Shown here piece after piece: positions 39,766 through 51,754 of a stretch of DNA of 64,000 nt. Under the pieces are notes generated by a model, which worked only from the letters and a program-made list of their open reading frames with translations, ran no database searches and was not told where the DNA came from. How positions within the stretch are numbered: the first letter of the stretch is position 1; each line of letters starts with the position of its first letter. The stretch is from Lepidodermella squamata (taxonomy: Eukaryota > Animalia > Gastrotricha), in the NCBI GenBank assembly GCA_047495785.1, contig JBLDXI010000045.1, positions 372,001 to 436,000 of the forward strand, read 5' to 3'. Both the position numbers and the translations under genes were made by a program.

Positions 39766-40905
39766 TTAGACTTCTTCCTCTTCGATTGTAGACAGTTCGA
39801 TCATAGCATCTTCTCGTTTCGGTTTGTTACAGAATTTAGCCATCGGATAGCACAAGCACAAGCAAAATAAAACAACGTAAATAGAAACCATGGTGACTAA
39901 AAATGCATCGAAAATCGTGCAACATGTCCAGTCGAAAATAGTCGCAGGGTTAAACGAAGATGAGCCCAACGACTTGGCGTGACGCTTCATAATTGAAGCG
40001 ATTTTCCGCTTCGATGGACATCTCGAAGAATCGGCCGACACATCGTTGAGGCAGAAATAGGTCGAAGTGCTTGCAACAACCGACTTGAAGAACAAGTTTT
40101 TAGGGCACCGATTCTCGAGATTTTCCTCGTCACTCGATGATTCAGACAGGGTGGTAGAAAAGTCCCGTGCGAACCAACTGATGCGAAGTGAATAGCCTCG
40201 CAGACATGATTTGGCCTCGCTGCTTTTCGCGAGAATTTCAAACCCGCTGTAATCGCGCCAACTCGGAAAAATTGACAAGACGCAAGGCTTGGTAGCGTTC
40301 CATTTCGATGGCAATTGACACGCTGCTTCAGAATCAAAAAGTAAAGTTCCGATGTCACGATGCCGATTGAGGTGAATTTCTTTGCCTGATAATTGCCTCG
40401 TTATTTCGCTAAGGGAAAGACCGAAAATGATCAAGCGTTGGTCGTCAGCCAGTGGGAATAAATATATATTGCCGAGTGAAGTATGGTCGTCGATTGACAT
40501 TGAGCTATCCGATGAAAACAGAGCTCTGCTATCGATTATCGTCGAGCACCATTGCCCAGGCGGGGTCTTGGGTGACTCCAAATTTGAAAGACCACAACCG
40601 AAAAAAGCTGTCTCAATTGAATTATCGGAGCTGAACGAACTCCCACGCTTGAATAAAAATTCCTCATCAAGATCGGCGTTTGTAAAATCGACTAGACTAG
40701 TTTTGATGAAGGGTATATTCGAAAAACCACCTGGCGCCATTAGAGCGTTTGCCTCATCAAGGCTTTGCTGGATAGTTGCCTCGTAATTAACGCCATTTTC
40801 GAAGTTCGGCAGAATCCTTGGCTTGACGTATGGAATTTGGCAACAAGCCAAGTTTGAGAAAATTATGGCTAGTGCCCAAATGAAAAGTTCGAAATTAGGT
40901 AGCAT
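39766..40905 (-). CDS. Uncharacterised type I membrane protein, 379 aa, single exon
   Basis: Long ORF with N-terminal signal peptide, Cys-rich ectodomain, TM near C-terminus (FLVTMVSIYVVLFCLCLCY) and short acidic tail. Confidence 0.75.
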   Translation of the reverse strand: MLPNFELFIWALAIIFSNLACCQIPYVKPRILPNFENGVNYEATIQQSLDEANALMAPGGFSNIPFIKTSLVDFTNADLDEEFLFKRGSSFSSDNSIETAFFGCGLSNLESPKTPPGQWCSTIIDSRALFSSDSSMSIDDHTSLGNIYLFPLADDQRLIIFGLSLSEITRQLSGKEIHLNRHRDIGTLLFDSEAACQLPSKWNATKPCVLSIFPSWRDYSGFEILAKSSEAKSCLRGYSLRISWFARDFSTTLSESSSDEENLENRCPKNLFFKSVVASTSTYFCLNDVSADSSRCPSKRKIASIMKRHAKSLGSSSFNPATIFDWTCCTIFDAFLVTMVSIYVVLFCLCLCYPMAKFCNKPKREDAMIELSTIEEEEV

Positions 40906-41305
40906 GGCTGATTTCAGCCAGAATGATTTTGGGAAATAGCTAGCGTCTATTTACGTCTCGGTTTTTCACACCTTGATAAATATTTGATCAATAAGGCAAC
41001 TACGTTTTTCGAGCCTTGTCTTTTATTTTTATGAATTGTCTTTGCGCTCTGATCTATCAATCATTCCTCTGTCATTGTCAGTGTTATTAAATAATAAAAC
41101 AGGTGTATAAAAATTCTGCCGGAAATCTCGCGTTATTTTTGTTGCGCCCGTGGTGGAAAAACAATCTTTGGTATAATTTGCTAATTTGGCATATATATCG
41201 AACCATCTTTTGAAATCATTAGATTTTACAGTAATATAGGCAGAGATATTATAATACAGTTTTGTCTAAAAGGTATACATTTCACCGATTCAACGATGCT
41301 GATTT

Positions 41306-43722
41306 TCACGCGACAGTCGGGCTGGCATTTACAGCTACGACATCGCCGTTTTGCGGCGCTAATTCGCTCAATTTCATCGCAGCATCCGGCGTTGTCGCGA
41401 TAGCTGTCACAAAGTCCTCCTCAGCTAGGCCGTCCTCATCGCATAAGCTTTTAACGCCCCTGGTGTTGCGAAAATTAGCCTGTCGAGCTGCCTGCCGGCC
41501 ATTACTCTTCGCGGTGAGGTGGTTCCTGAGTTCAGGCAGGGTCATCCCAACCGGGAGTGGGTAAGCCGCGGCTGAAAACGCCCGTTGCTGCCGGCCGTTG
41601 TGCTCAGGCCACGGCGAGCTGAAGCCGTTCCACATGGCTGATTTCGCCTCGGTTGTAATGTTAATGCCGGCTTCATCCGACGCAGCTTTCTCGTTCTCAT
41701 CCTCGATAGATGTTAGCAGAGGCCGATGCGGCAAGGCGTTGCCGTTCACCGAGCCGTTCATTTCGACGCAGTACGACCGGCGATACGTCGAGTCAGAGTG
41801 CATGAAGCTGGGCGCTGATTTGCGACCGCTACTCGTGCAAGATGTGCTGTAGCGTGATTGAATCACAGACTGCTGGCGCGATCGCTTGTTGATGCCCAAA
41901 AGTTGGAATAACGACTTTCTGATGTCTCGAAGACGGAGGCAATAAATCACCTAATTAGGACACAAATGAAGCACGAACAATTTTTTCAAGTTCAAAAAAT
42001 TACCGGGTCGACAACTGAGTTCAAATGTAAAACTAGAGTGGCAACGAGAAGGTAGCGACAAAAGAATAAGTGCGCTGCAGATAGCGTGTCGTCGTCTGTG
42101 AGCAAATATCCAACCTAAAAATTTGGTAAAGAATTAGGATTTCTTTTATTTCGAGTATTTTCAACCAACCTGTGGCGCCCAGCAGATCAAGCACCAGAAA
42201 ACAAGCAGTCCAGTGGTGAGGAAGCCGCGTAGTTGGTTTCGAACTTCAACAACCCGCCGGTCGTCGGTCATGACGGCAAGTCGGCGCCGGTGAACGTGCG
42301 ACTGGGCGCAGGCGAAAATGTAGGAAGACAGCACGGCGACAAGTAATATCAGCATCCCCACGCAAACAGCCATCTTAAAATTTGAAATATAATATCTCGA
42401 TTATCAATTTTCATTGCAACGAACCTGGACTACAAATGACTTTTGAAGATCATACAAGCGAATGACGATGGCGAAAGTAGCGGCACATGTCCATAGGACG
42501 CAGATCATGATTCTTGTTGAAAGAGGGCCTAGTATTCAAATATAATCGTTTGAAAATCAAAATTGGTTTATTCGGAAACTTACGTGACAAAGATTCGTAG
42601 AAATAAGGTGCAGCTATGGCAAGAACATTGTCTAAACTGAGGCACAATAGCCCGATGGCACTCATCAAGTAGCCAATCTGAAACAAAAAAAATTGGGTCA
42701 AAACATTCGCACCACCAAAATTGAGGTTCCAGTTCCAAATTTCAGCACTCGGGTGGTAAATTTGTCCAAATTCTTTAAAATTTCGGCTTTTTTGGTCTAG
42801 CTATCGGGAAAAAGCACTGATTTGTAAAATCGATACTTGGAATCGATATCGGCTGTGTGATCCAAAGTTTAACTCGTAAACTAACATCGTTTACCGAGTA
42901 GAACTTTGAGTTAAGCAAAATACGCGTAATGGTGATTTGGAAATTGAAGTTTTTTGGCAATTTTCAAAATTTCAAAATTTCAGTGAAACGTGGGGACCTT
43001 TTGGGGGGAATCTAGTACTGAAGCCCAAATTCAGGGTGTCCCCACTGTACTGGCATACCCAAAAAATCCCATAGTAAAGTCGTATTTCAGATTTTTAGGT
43101 AAATTCTAATAAATTTATTGTTAATTTGATCGAACATTTTCAAAAATAGTACCTGAAAGAGAATTGCAACATTGTTGCTGAGAAAGTCACGTGTAGATTC
43201 ATCGAGTACATCCTCTTGATCGCCGCAGCGCTTCAGCAGTAAAGTAGTCGTAAGTATCAAATCGCTTATAGACAGAGATATAAAAACGTGATGCCGCGGG
43301 TACTTTTCGCGGCATCGCGACACCGCCATAATAGCAACAACGTTGAAAAGTATCGCCAGGGTGATGAGGAGCAGGGCGAATCCGATGTAAATGTAAAAAT
43401 AGTAAATATTTTGAGCGCTTAGAAACCGCCCGAGGCATTCTGTCGCCTCGCGAACAAGGCACTCGAGGCTGTCGGTACCTTCGCCGCCCGGCACCGGTGT
43501 CGTAGTCGGGTAGAAGCAGTGGTCGCGTAACTGCGTCAAATTAGCGTAGGCGTCCCAGTCTTCCTGATGAACGTAGCCCTTCGCGACGAAAACATGCCTA
43601 GCGATTGTCTGGGTGAGGGTCATGAAATCTGGCGCCATTACAGGCTCGTCGAGCTCGGCCTGGCTCGTCGTTGTTCGGATCGTCGCCGTCGAGCTGGCAG
43701 GGACAGGCGATCGTCTCGACAT
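41306..43722 (-). CDS. Class A orphan GPCR (paralog A), ~575 aa; exons 43722-43153, 42677-42584, 42528-42425, 42373-42170, 42114-42004, 41950-41306
   Basis: Frame-preserving GT-AG joins (1728 nt). SLSISD..LLLKRCG, LSLDNVLAIAAPYFY, LICWAP, NSVVDPVIYCLR; long Ser-rich C-tail. Confidence 0.88.
42800..42856 (+). repeat. Copy of intronic MITE core shared with 35595-35640 and 49151-49206
   Basis: GAAAAAGCACTGATTTGTAAAATCGATACTTGGAATCGATATCGGC, near-identical to the NSD intron copy. Confidence 0.85.
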
Positions 43723-46700
43723 TGCGAACAAGTCGTTATCAGATCGCGGAAAAATCCATTAAAAATCGACTATTTTTCGCTTAACTAATAGTCCTTACAA
43801 TGTGTTTTAAATATCTTGACTTCTAAATACTGCCTGTAAAGAAAAATGATCATAATAGTAAAATGAGGCGGATATTGTAAAAATGTCAAAATCGATAATT
43901 TTAATAGACGCGCCTAGTCTAGTCGCAGAAATTTGCAAGTCACTCACATCTTATTACGAGAGAGGAAAAATAGCTATTATAATATCATTTTCGCTCAGTG
44001 CACGTACCATGTACTATACGAGAAAATGTTTCGTCTGATAGCGGGCGAAAGCTATACCTATTGTTGCCACCCTGTTTCCGACAAACGCTAGGCTCTGATC
44101 CATAAAAGATTGAGGTTAAAGCGCACCTTTGAAGATAAATAAAACGTATCTTCTAATGAGTTCTCACTTTTTTGGATTATAAATGGAGAGTCGCACCCAT
44201 GTCAGTGTAACCCTTGTAGTAAGTATTTTGAGAGAACAATACACGCTAAGTGAAACAATTGCTGAAATATGACAATGTCATTTTTTTTACTACAACGTAA
44301 ATATTTTTGTTTGACAGCGTTTTTTTTATGTAATGGCGAAGTTTATACGTAAAAGGCTTTTCTCGGCGAAATAATCATTTTGTATTAAAAAAAACACACG
44401 AAAGAGGCGTGAAGGTGTTGTATTTTCTTTGCTGAATGCATTAAAAAAATTAAGGGACGAATTTTCGGGTTGGACTATAGGTGCGAGACCTATCATTTGT
44501 TTGCTTAAAGGATACGGTTGGTTAAAAAGGAATTTGTGTAAATCTTTAATGCTATAAAAACTGCGAGGCACGCCTTGTTTTACGGTTCTAGGCGACACAT
44601 ATGGGCATCGGCACGCGACTCGATCTATATAATATAGCACCCTACAATTTTAAAGCAAACCACCCGCAAAATCTTGAAAAAAGTAAATGGAAAAATTGAG
44701 TTGATAAAATTTTCGGAAAAAAAAATCAAAACAACGTGACTTATCGCTTTGCGGTTTGAATTACAATATGTATCGGAAATAATAATGTTTCCATTAGTCG
44801 TTGCGGATATAGCGATGAATGTTGAGTGAGAGATGATAGTAATCTATGAATAAATATTCGAAACATAAAATAGCTGATGAGCGCGCTGCGGAAAAAATTA
44901 CACGCGTGATTAGATTTTTGGTTCTATATGATGGGATAAATAATAATAGAATTATAGTGATATTTTACTAGTTTTTTTTACCACGTGTGTTATTATAGTG
45001 ATGAGTTCTTATTTCAGCTGCGCCATACCTGGAGTTCTGCATTATACTAATGTTATTGCTTCTCAGCATTTAATGCCTAGAATATACGCATCCTCAAACG
45101 CATATATCATATAGCAGATGATGTTCACAGACAGACACCCTGAAGGTGTGTATGCCAAAATTACCACGCCTTCGGTGTTATATCTTAATACGCAGCGAGT
45201 ATTCCCAGCGAGAAAAAAACGCGGGAAAATAATAACGCGAGGGCGCGCGCAATTTGTGTTGCGTCACTGCGCGGCGCCTTAAAATAATACCATTAAGGCG
45301 GTGCCGGCTATTGAGAGGCCCTACATCAGCCATGAACAAAATACGGATGCGAAAGGACGGATTCTACGTGAAAATTACTCAGGTAAGAACTAATCGAAAA
45401 ACAACGGTCAAAATAGGAAATGTATATAAATTATAAATAATGAAAAATCAATAGACGACGGTCACTTGTTAGCCAGAGGGTGAATTTTTTTCATGCAATT
45501 ATATCAAGCGTGAGATTCGACCAGTGGCGCGTGCCATTTGTTGATAAAAGCGTCAAATATTTCCCATGTTGCAACTTAAGCTTTGTTTATACACCTGTAG
45601 ATGGCGGCGGGTTAGCTTCGGTGCTGGCCAATCAATTTAAATGCTGTAATAGCCAGAGGCTGAATGTAAAATTACCCTCGTGTCCGCGTGAATAGGTAAA
45701 CATCTAGTTTTTTCAACTGTCATAATTAAAATCTTAAAGAAGGTGAGAACTGAATCATCTGCGCGTCATTAACAAAGTAAACAAATGTTCATTTTTTATG
45801 ATAACGAAAAAAAAATAACACGATCTTTGGCTGGATTTTTTATTAGAGCAAAATACTGTGAATGAGTTGCGCAGTTCAGAGAAGCAAATTTACTCATCAC
45901 AAATCGCGTGCACTTGCTCGGCATATTCCCATGGTGAAAATTTACCAACCATGGATGGCATAATCTAATCAAAGTCTGGGCAAATCTATGCAAAAGAATG
46001 GCCGGGAAAACCGACAACCTTTGTAATTGGATTGATCATAGCGTGGTAAAACTATCGACGATTTGCTATAAATAAATGGGCCATCTAGCGAAAAATTTAC
46101 ATTTCAAAACAAAATGAAGGGAAAACAATTACATGCCGTAAGACCAGCAGTTTACTAGAGGATGGATACTTATTATCAGATGATGATAATAGAATAACTC
46201 GTGATGTAGAATCCCTTTGAAAACGAAAGAAAACGAAGCGATTGTCGGTTTTTTTAATGATGTATGACGATGGCTTCTGGAAAAACGCTACTTACTACAT
46301 ACAAAGCCACCGCGTGGGAATTTTTTTATCAATTCGCCCCGCATCCCGTCGGTGTTTACCGGCGTGTTTTTGTTTTTTTTATACAAAAAAAGCGCCATGT
46401 CAGGAAAAAAAACCATGGTAAATGAGGTGAGATTGAACATAGGTATACCGCAAAGCCACGTGATACCTACAAACTAGCAACTGTTCAATGACCTTGCAAT
46501 GAGGTAGCGGCGAAAACACGAAGGTTCACAAGCGGCGTGGTAATACCTACTACGTTTTTTAGGAAAATAAATAATTCTTTTTTTTGCGCCGTTGCCAGCC
46601 TTGCATGACCCGCCGGCACGTTACGCGCAAGTTCGTTCCAAGTGCTTGCTGATTTTTTTCCCGCATTGGAAACGCGAAAGCGGATATTTTTGGGACAAAA

Positions 46701-47750
46701 AATTACGCGGCGCAATATAAAAATCCAAATATGGTCTGAACTCCAGACGGCTCTAAATTTTTTAATTGTTGAATGAAAAATTGATGGAACGCTCACGCAT
46801 TCCCACACCCCATTATTTGAATATTTTTACTACGATAGGTATAGTAATATTAATTAAGCAATATAAGCGCCGCTTGATCTAGAGCTTTTTCATTCCAGCT
46901 TCCTAAAAAAAACGAGAGTTTGTATATTATGCTTGTTTGTATCCAGTTTACGTCAAGGTATAGAGGATGCGCAACCGGCGTGGAGGCGCGCATCCGCCTG
47001 TTTTGTTCCGTAACCTGAGTTATAAATCGATTAAATTAGCAATTATCGCTCCTCAGTAATTATCGATATAAAACTAAGATGAATCAAGTTTTTTCGCATA
47101 TTTTCATTGCGTATGGCACTTTGCTTTCTTCCTAATACTATATAGTCTCAACGCATCAGGAAAAATATTTACCCAAGCTATCACCATTGTTCAAATTATG
47201 GGGAAAAAAGGATTCTCTCACATCTCACATGACGATGATGGAGCGCCAAACAAGCTCAGGGACATGAATACAGAATTCAAACACTCTGCTTCTCGTAATA
47301 AGTGAATGCTGTAATGAGAAGAAAAAACATTAGAATGCGCACATCATCAAGAACCGCGGCCTCTTTTCTTTGTTTTCGCGTGTTGGTGCTCGGAAAACAA
47401 TAATTATTATTTTTGGCTGTGTGGCATGATAGATCTGGTCTCATTGGGCCAAATACGCTGTGCTTGCTCGCTTCCGGCTACGCGATCACTCACGTGGCGC
47501 TTCGTACTATTCAGAAACATCCTCAATTTTTTCCGGTCGAGACGCAAAATGTTCAGTGCACCTGCGACGGAAATCAGCCGATATAAAAACAAACCTCACT
47601 TGATCTTGAAATTTTTTATTTAAAATAAACTTGACATTGACGTCATTAAAATAAACATTCTTTCAAGACAATAATTTCCGCAGAAAAGAAGAATCGGTGA
47701 AATTATTCTAAATCAATTATTATTATTTATTAATAATATCAGCATAAAAT

Positions 47751-50700
47751 TTAGGTTGGCAAAGAGAATCTGTGTTTGGGTGATTTCTGGTTAACGCCTT
47801 TAACGACACCTGATGTCAACAACAAGTTTTGTTTTGATTGCAAATGACCGGCGAGCTCCTCGTCACTGACTTCATCATTGGCTGTTGTATGGCTATTATT
47901 GCCGTTCTCGGCGATTCGCCGACTCGCCGATGACTTGAGGCAGAACTCGGGCGAGGCGCCCGACGACCAGCGGCCGCGCCCGGGCGCCACTGAGATAGTG
48001 CCGTGCAGGTGCGGGTGCAAATTAATCGAATGCTTTGTACAACATTCCGCACCGCCACCGTTATCTTCCTCGATTTTCGACGCATCGTTAAAATCTGGCA
48101 CCAAAATCACAATTGGCGCGCTCGGGTCCATTCCGAATTCGGGCCCTACCGATTCGTCGATACCGCGCGACACTTTCTTGCTCAGCGTCCTCTTCACCGG
48201 TGTCATTTCCAACACTGACTCACGTTGATTTTCCGAGGACGTGTGATCAGTAGGCGAACCATCAAGCTGTTACAAAGGATAAAGGGTTATATAGCAGAAA
48301 TTATTAAAGGATTTAATTATGCTAATAAATAAATTAATGAGTGAAATTAATCGACGGAAATTAATCGGTGAAATAAATTAGTGCGTGAATATTTTTTCTA
48401 TTTATTACATAAGTCCGGCCTCTTTTCCGCGAATGGCGAATATTATTTCTTCGGCCATGCCTAGGTCGTAACTTTTAACAATCCAAAATCAGAGCTAGAA
48501 AAATTGAATTTTTTCCTGAAAAATATTATTTCACCCACCTTAAAATCGACGCTGAGTTGATTTGGAATGCGGCGACTTGGGTTGCGGCCTCGTAACGACT
48601 GGCCACCTGCTGAAGAGGGGGTTAAACAGTCCTGAGACCGTTGGGACGCCATAGTTTTTCGATAAGCCACCGTAGTTGAATGGCAGCCTAAACCGTTGGC
48701 ATTGCCGGCTGAATTGGTTGAAATTTTTAGCATTTGGAATAGGGACAAGCGAATGCCGCGTATTCGCATCGAGTAAATGATAGGGTTTAATACGGCACCT
48801 AGGTGGAACATGGCGAGGCAGAAGAGTAGAAATTTGAGAAAGACTGGATGAGCCGCTTGAACGATCTCTTCATCGACCAACAGGTAGCACACGAGTGGGC
48901 CCCAGCTTAACAGGCACGTCAAAACTAGCAGCGTCGTAGTGAAGAAACCTAGACATACAAAATTGGATAACATTGGATAACGCCAAATTTTTAAAAGGTT
49001 TAAAAGTTGATACCCTGTAGATTAAATTACAGCACTAAATTTGAGATTCCAGCACTGGAATTTTCCATTTTAAATTATGGTTTTTCAATTTCGAATCTTA
49101 TCTAGAATCGTCTTTTTTATTATCAAACTCGGTTATAGCTTGGCCTACAAAGCCGATATCGATTCGAAGTATCGATTTTCGATTTTACAAATCAGTGATT
49201 TTTCCGATATCAGCAGCCTTGGAAGTAATCACGAAAAACATATTTACCTAGCTGATGGTACCTGGAAACCGAAATAAAATTTCAAGGTCATGGAGACATG
49301 TTGTTTCTCAAAGCGCATATTTTGACTTATGACGCATGGTGCTATGAGTCATAAATCTAAAAAAAATTCGTTTTTCAAGGTCAATGAATTTTAATAGCTT
49401 GGATGGTTTGAGAAACAACATATTCTATCATTGATCACGGTAGAAATAAACATTTTCGTGTACATGTAGTCACGAGTAACTGATTCGGCCAATTTCGAAC
49501 ACAACTGGAGTAATTTCGGACAGATCAGATTGAATATTTAAAGAGTGACGCTAATTATATGTGCGAGATTTTCGCAACTTTGGCGGTGCAAAATTTTAGA
49601 ATCTTTTCTAAATTAATTTATCAAAAATTCAAAAATTTAACAATTCAAACTCATTACCTGAGAAGGTTGAAAAAAAACGCTAGAACATAACTTCGCAAAA
49701 TAAATTAATGTTAAAACGGACGATTTCTTAATTTTAAATTTAATTGTGAATTTGGCATGGGTACCACCATTGAACCATAAAATATTATATTGGGAGGATA
49801 TTTAGGTATTCATTCTAACCTTTTAGAAGGCGCCGCCGCATGGTGACTTTTTGCTCGGGCTGGGCCCACTGATCGGTGCGTCGACGGTAGAGAAGCGCTT
49901 GGAAACACGTGAAGCCGTATGCAGTCAGTATCACGAATAGAAGAGTGCAGATAATTGCGGCAACCACATACTGGGCTATGACCGAGTAGTTCAGATCGGC
50001 AAGTCGTAACGCCAGCATTATGACTAAGACCACGGCCCACAGGCCAGGCATCGCGAAAACCAGCCACGACGAATCTGTAGAAAAAAATAACGGAAATTTT
50101 ATAGTAGTAACGGCCGTATAGGTTTCTTCGATTTTCCCATGAGGTAATGAATACGAATTCAATCATTTTAGTGACTCACTGGAAAACTGGCCGTAGGAAA
50201 ATGGAGCAGCAACCGCCACGAAATTATCAGCAGCCAAGCAGACGAGGCCGAGAGCGGACATTGCGAATGCCGATTGCCATATCACGTTGACCTCATGCTC
50301 GAGGATGTACCTCACTGTTTTGCTAGCAAGTGGCCCGTCACTCACATCCACCGCGCCGCACCGTTTTATTAGCGTTGTCGCAGATAATATTACATCGGAC
50401 ACCGATAGCTGAAATCAAAGCAGTAGATAGAGGTTAATCGAAATTTTCGCCCAAAAATGGCCATTATTTTCAAGCCAACGAAAAAGTAATATATTAACAT
50501 GAAGTAGGTTCAAATTATCCTGAATCCTAATTAGAGTGGAACCTTAATTTACCGTCTTCTGCGGGAAATCCGAATACGGATAGTTTCGCCTACAATATCC
50601 CTCTGCGGGTCGAAATCGCTCCTAAATTTTGACATAAACGGATTTCCCGTCAGACGGGCAAGAAGGTGACGGGGGATCAAGGTTCCAGTTATTGAAGCCA

Positions 50701-51754
50701 AATGTAATTCTCTTCGTGTATCTTGCAAGCCAAAACTGAGAACTCCGGATCTAATTCGTCAAATTAAAGTTGAGAGTGATCTTCACAGGGATTTCATCTT
50801 TCATCGCTGGTCTTTGAATTGGACCTTTGAATCCTTTGATTTCCTCGATCTATTTTCCATCAGCTCATGGCTGAAACGCAGATGAGGGACCGTAAAATCA
50901 TTTAAAAAAATTATTATCATAAATTTAGTAAAAATTATTTAAAAAAAACGTTCCGACGACTGACATAGCCTTGCTAAAATGATCTAAATGGAAACCGAAT
51001 TGTCTGTTGTCCAAAAAATACTCAATGCCCAGATCGCCCATGCCTAATCTAATGAGGGTGCGAGGTCCGAGGTTTTGGGTACCGCTTTGATAAACCATGC
51101 CCGAATTATGCATTATATTATTAAATTATAATAAATGCTTGTCACTTGCAAGAAATTGGGCTCCACCTTGCTGTCAAAGCACCATAAACAATTCCTCGTA
51201 TTATTTTGATTATCGTAAAATCGTAAAATGGGCGTAAAATCAATGAAACTTACGGAAATTGCGATAACATGCCGAGGCTGGCGGCGTTTGATGCGGCAAA
51301 CTGCCAAAACAGCCAGCATGTTGAACACGATGGCCAGGGTTATAAGCGGGACAGCTATCGCGACGTAATACAGGAAGTAGGTATACTCCTCCTGGCTGAT
51401 GAAAGTGCGCAGTTGCCGGCCAACTTCGTCCAACGTACAGTTGTCCTCAACCACCCAAATTGGAATGCGAGACGGGCCGACCTCGACGGCCATAGCACAG
51501 GCCTCCCGTACGGAATCTTTCGAAACTACCGACTGCGCCACGGATCGCGGATAGCCGTAACTGGAGAAGAAATACGCTAGGACAGTGTCGAATAAACTAG
51601 AAAACGCAGCCGCTTCGATGCGAGCCTGCTGTTCGGCGATCAAAATGCCAGGGTCGATCGTGGTCGGCATAGATCGCGTCAAACTGGTGAGATTCGACGA
51701 TGCGTTGAAATAATTCGCGGTAGATCGCAGAATTTTCACCATTTTCGGCGGCAT
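47751..51754 (-). CDS. Class A orphan GPCR (paralog B), ~636 aa; exons 51754-51254, 50408-50180, 50074-49820, 48948-48539, 48266-47751 (start codon uncertain)
   Basis: Frame-preserving joins (1911 nt). SLSVSD..LIKRCG, LAADNFVAVAAPFSY, LLSWGP, VLNPIIYSMR. Confidence 0.85.
49030..49440. repeat. Intronic MITE pieces: reversed shared core (49151-49206) and nested inverted repeats
   Basis: ATGTTGTTTCTCAAA (49298-49312) pairs with TTTGAGAAACAACAT (49407-49421), enclosing the hairpin TTATGACGCAT-GGTGCT-ATGAGTCATAA. TTTGAGATTCCAGCACT is shared with ~2754. Confidence 0.7.
50538..50688. repeat. Imperfect inverted repeat (MITE-like) in GPCR-B intron 1
   Basis: GGAACCTT...CCGTC...CGGGAAATCCG is mirrored by CGGATTTCCCG...GACGG...AAGGTTCC. 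Confidence 0.6.
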
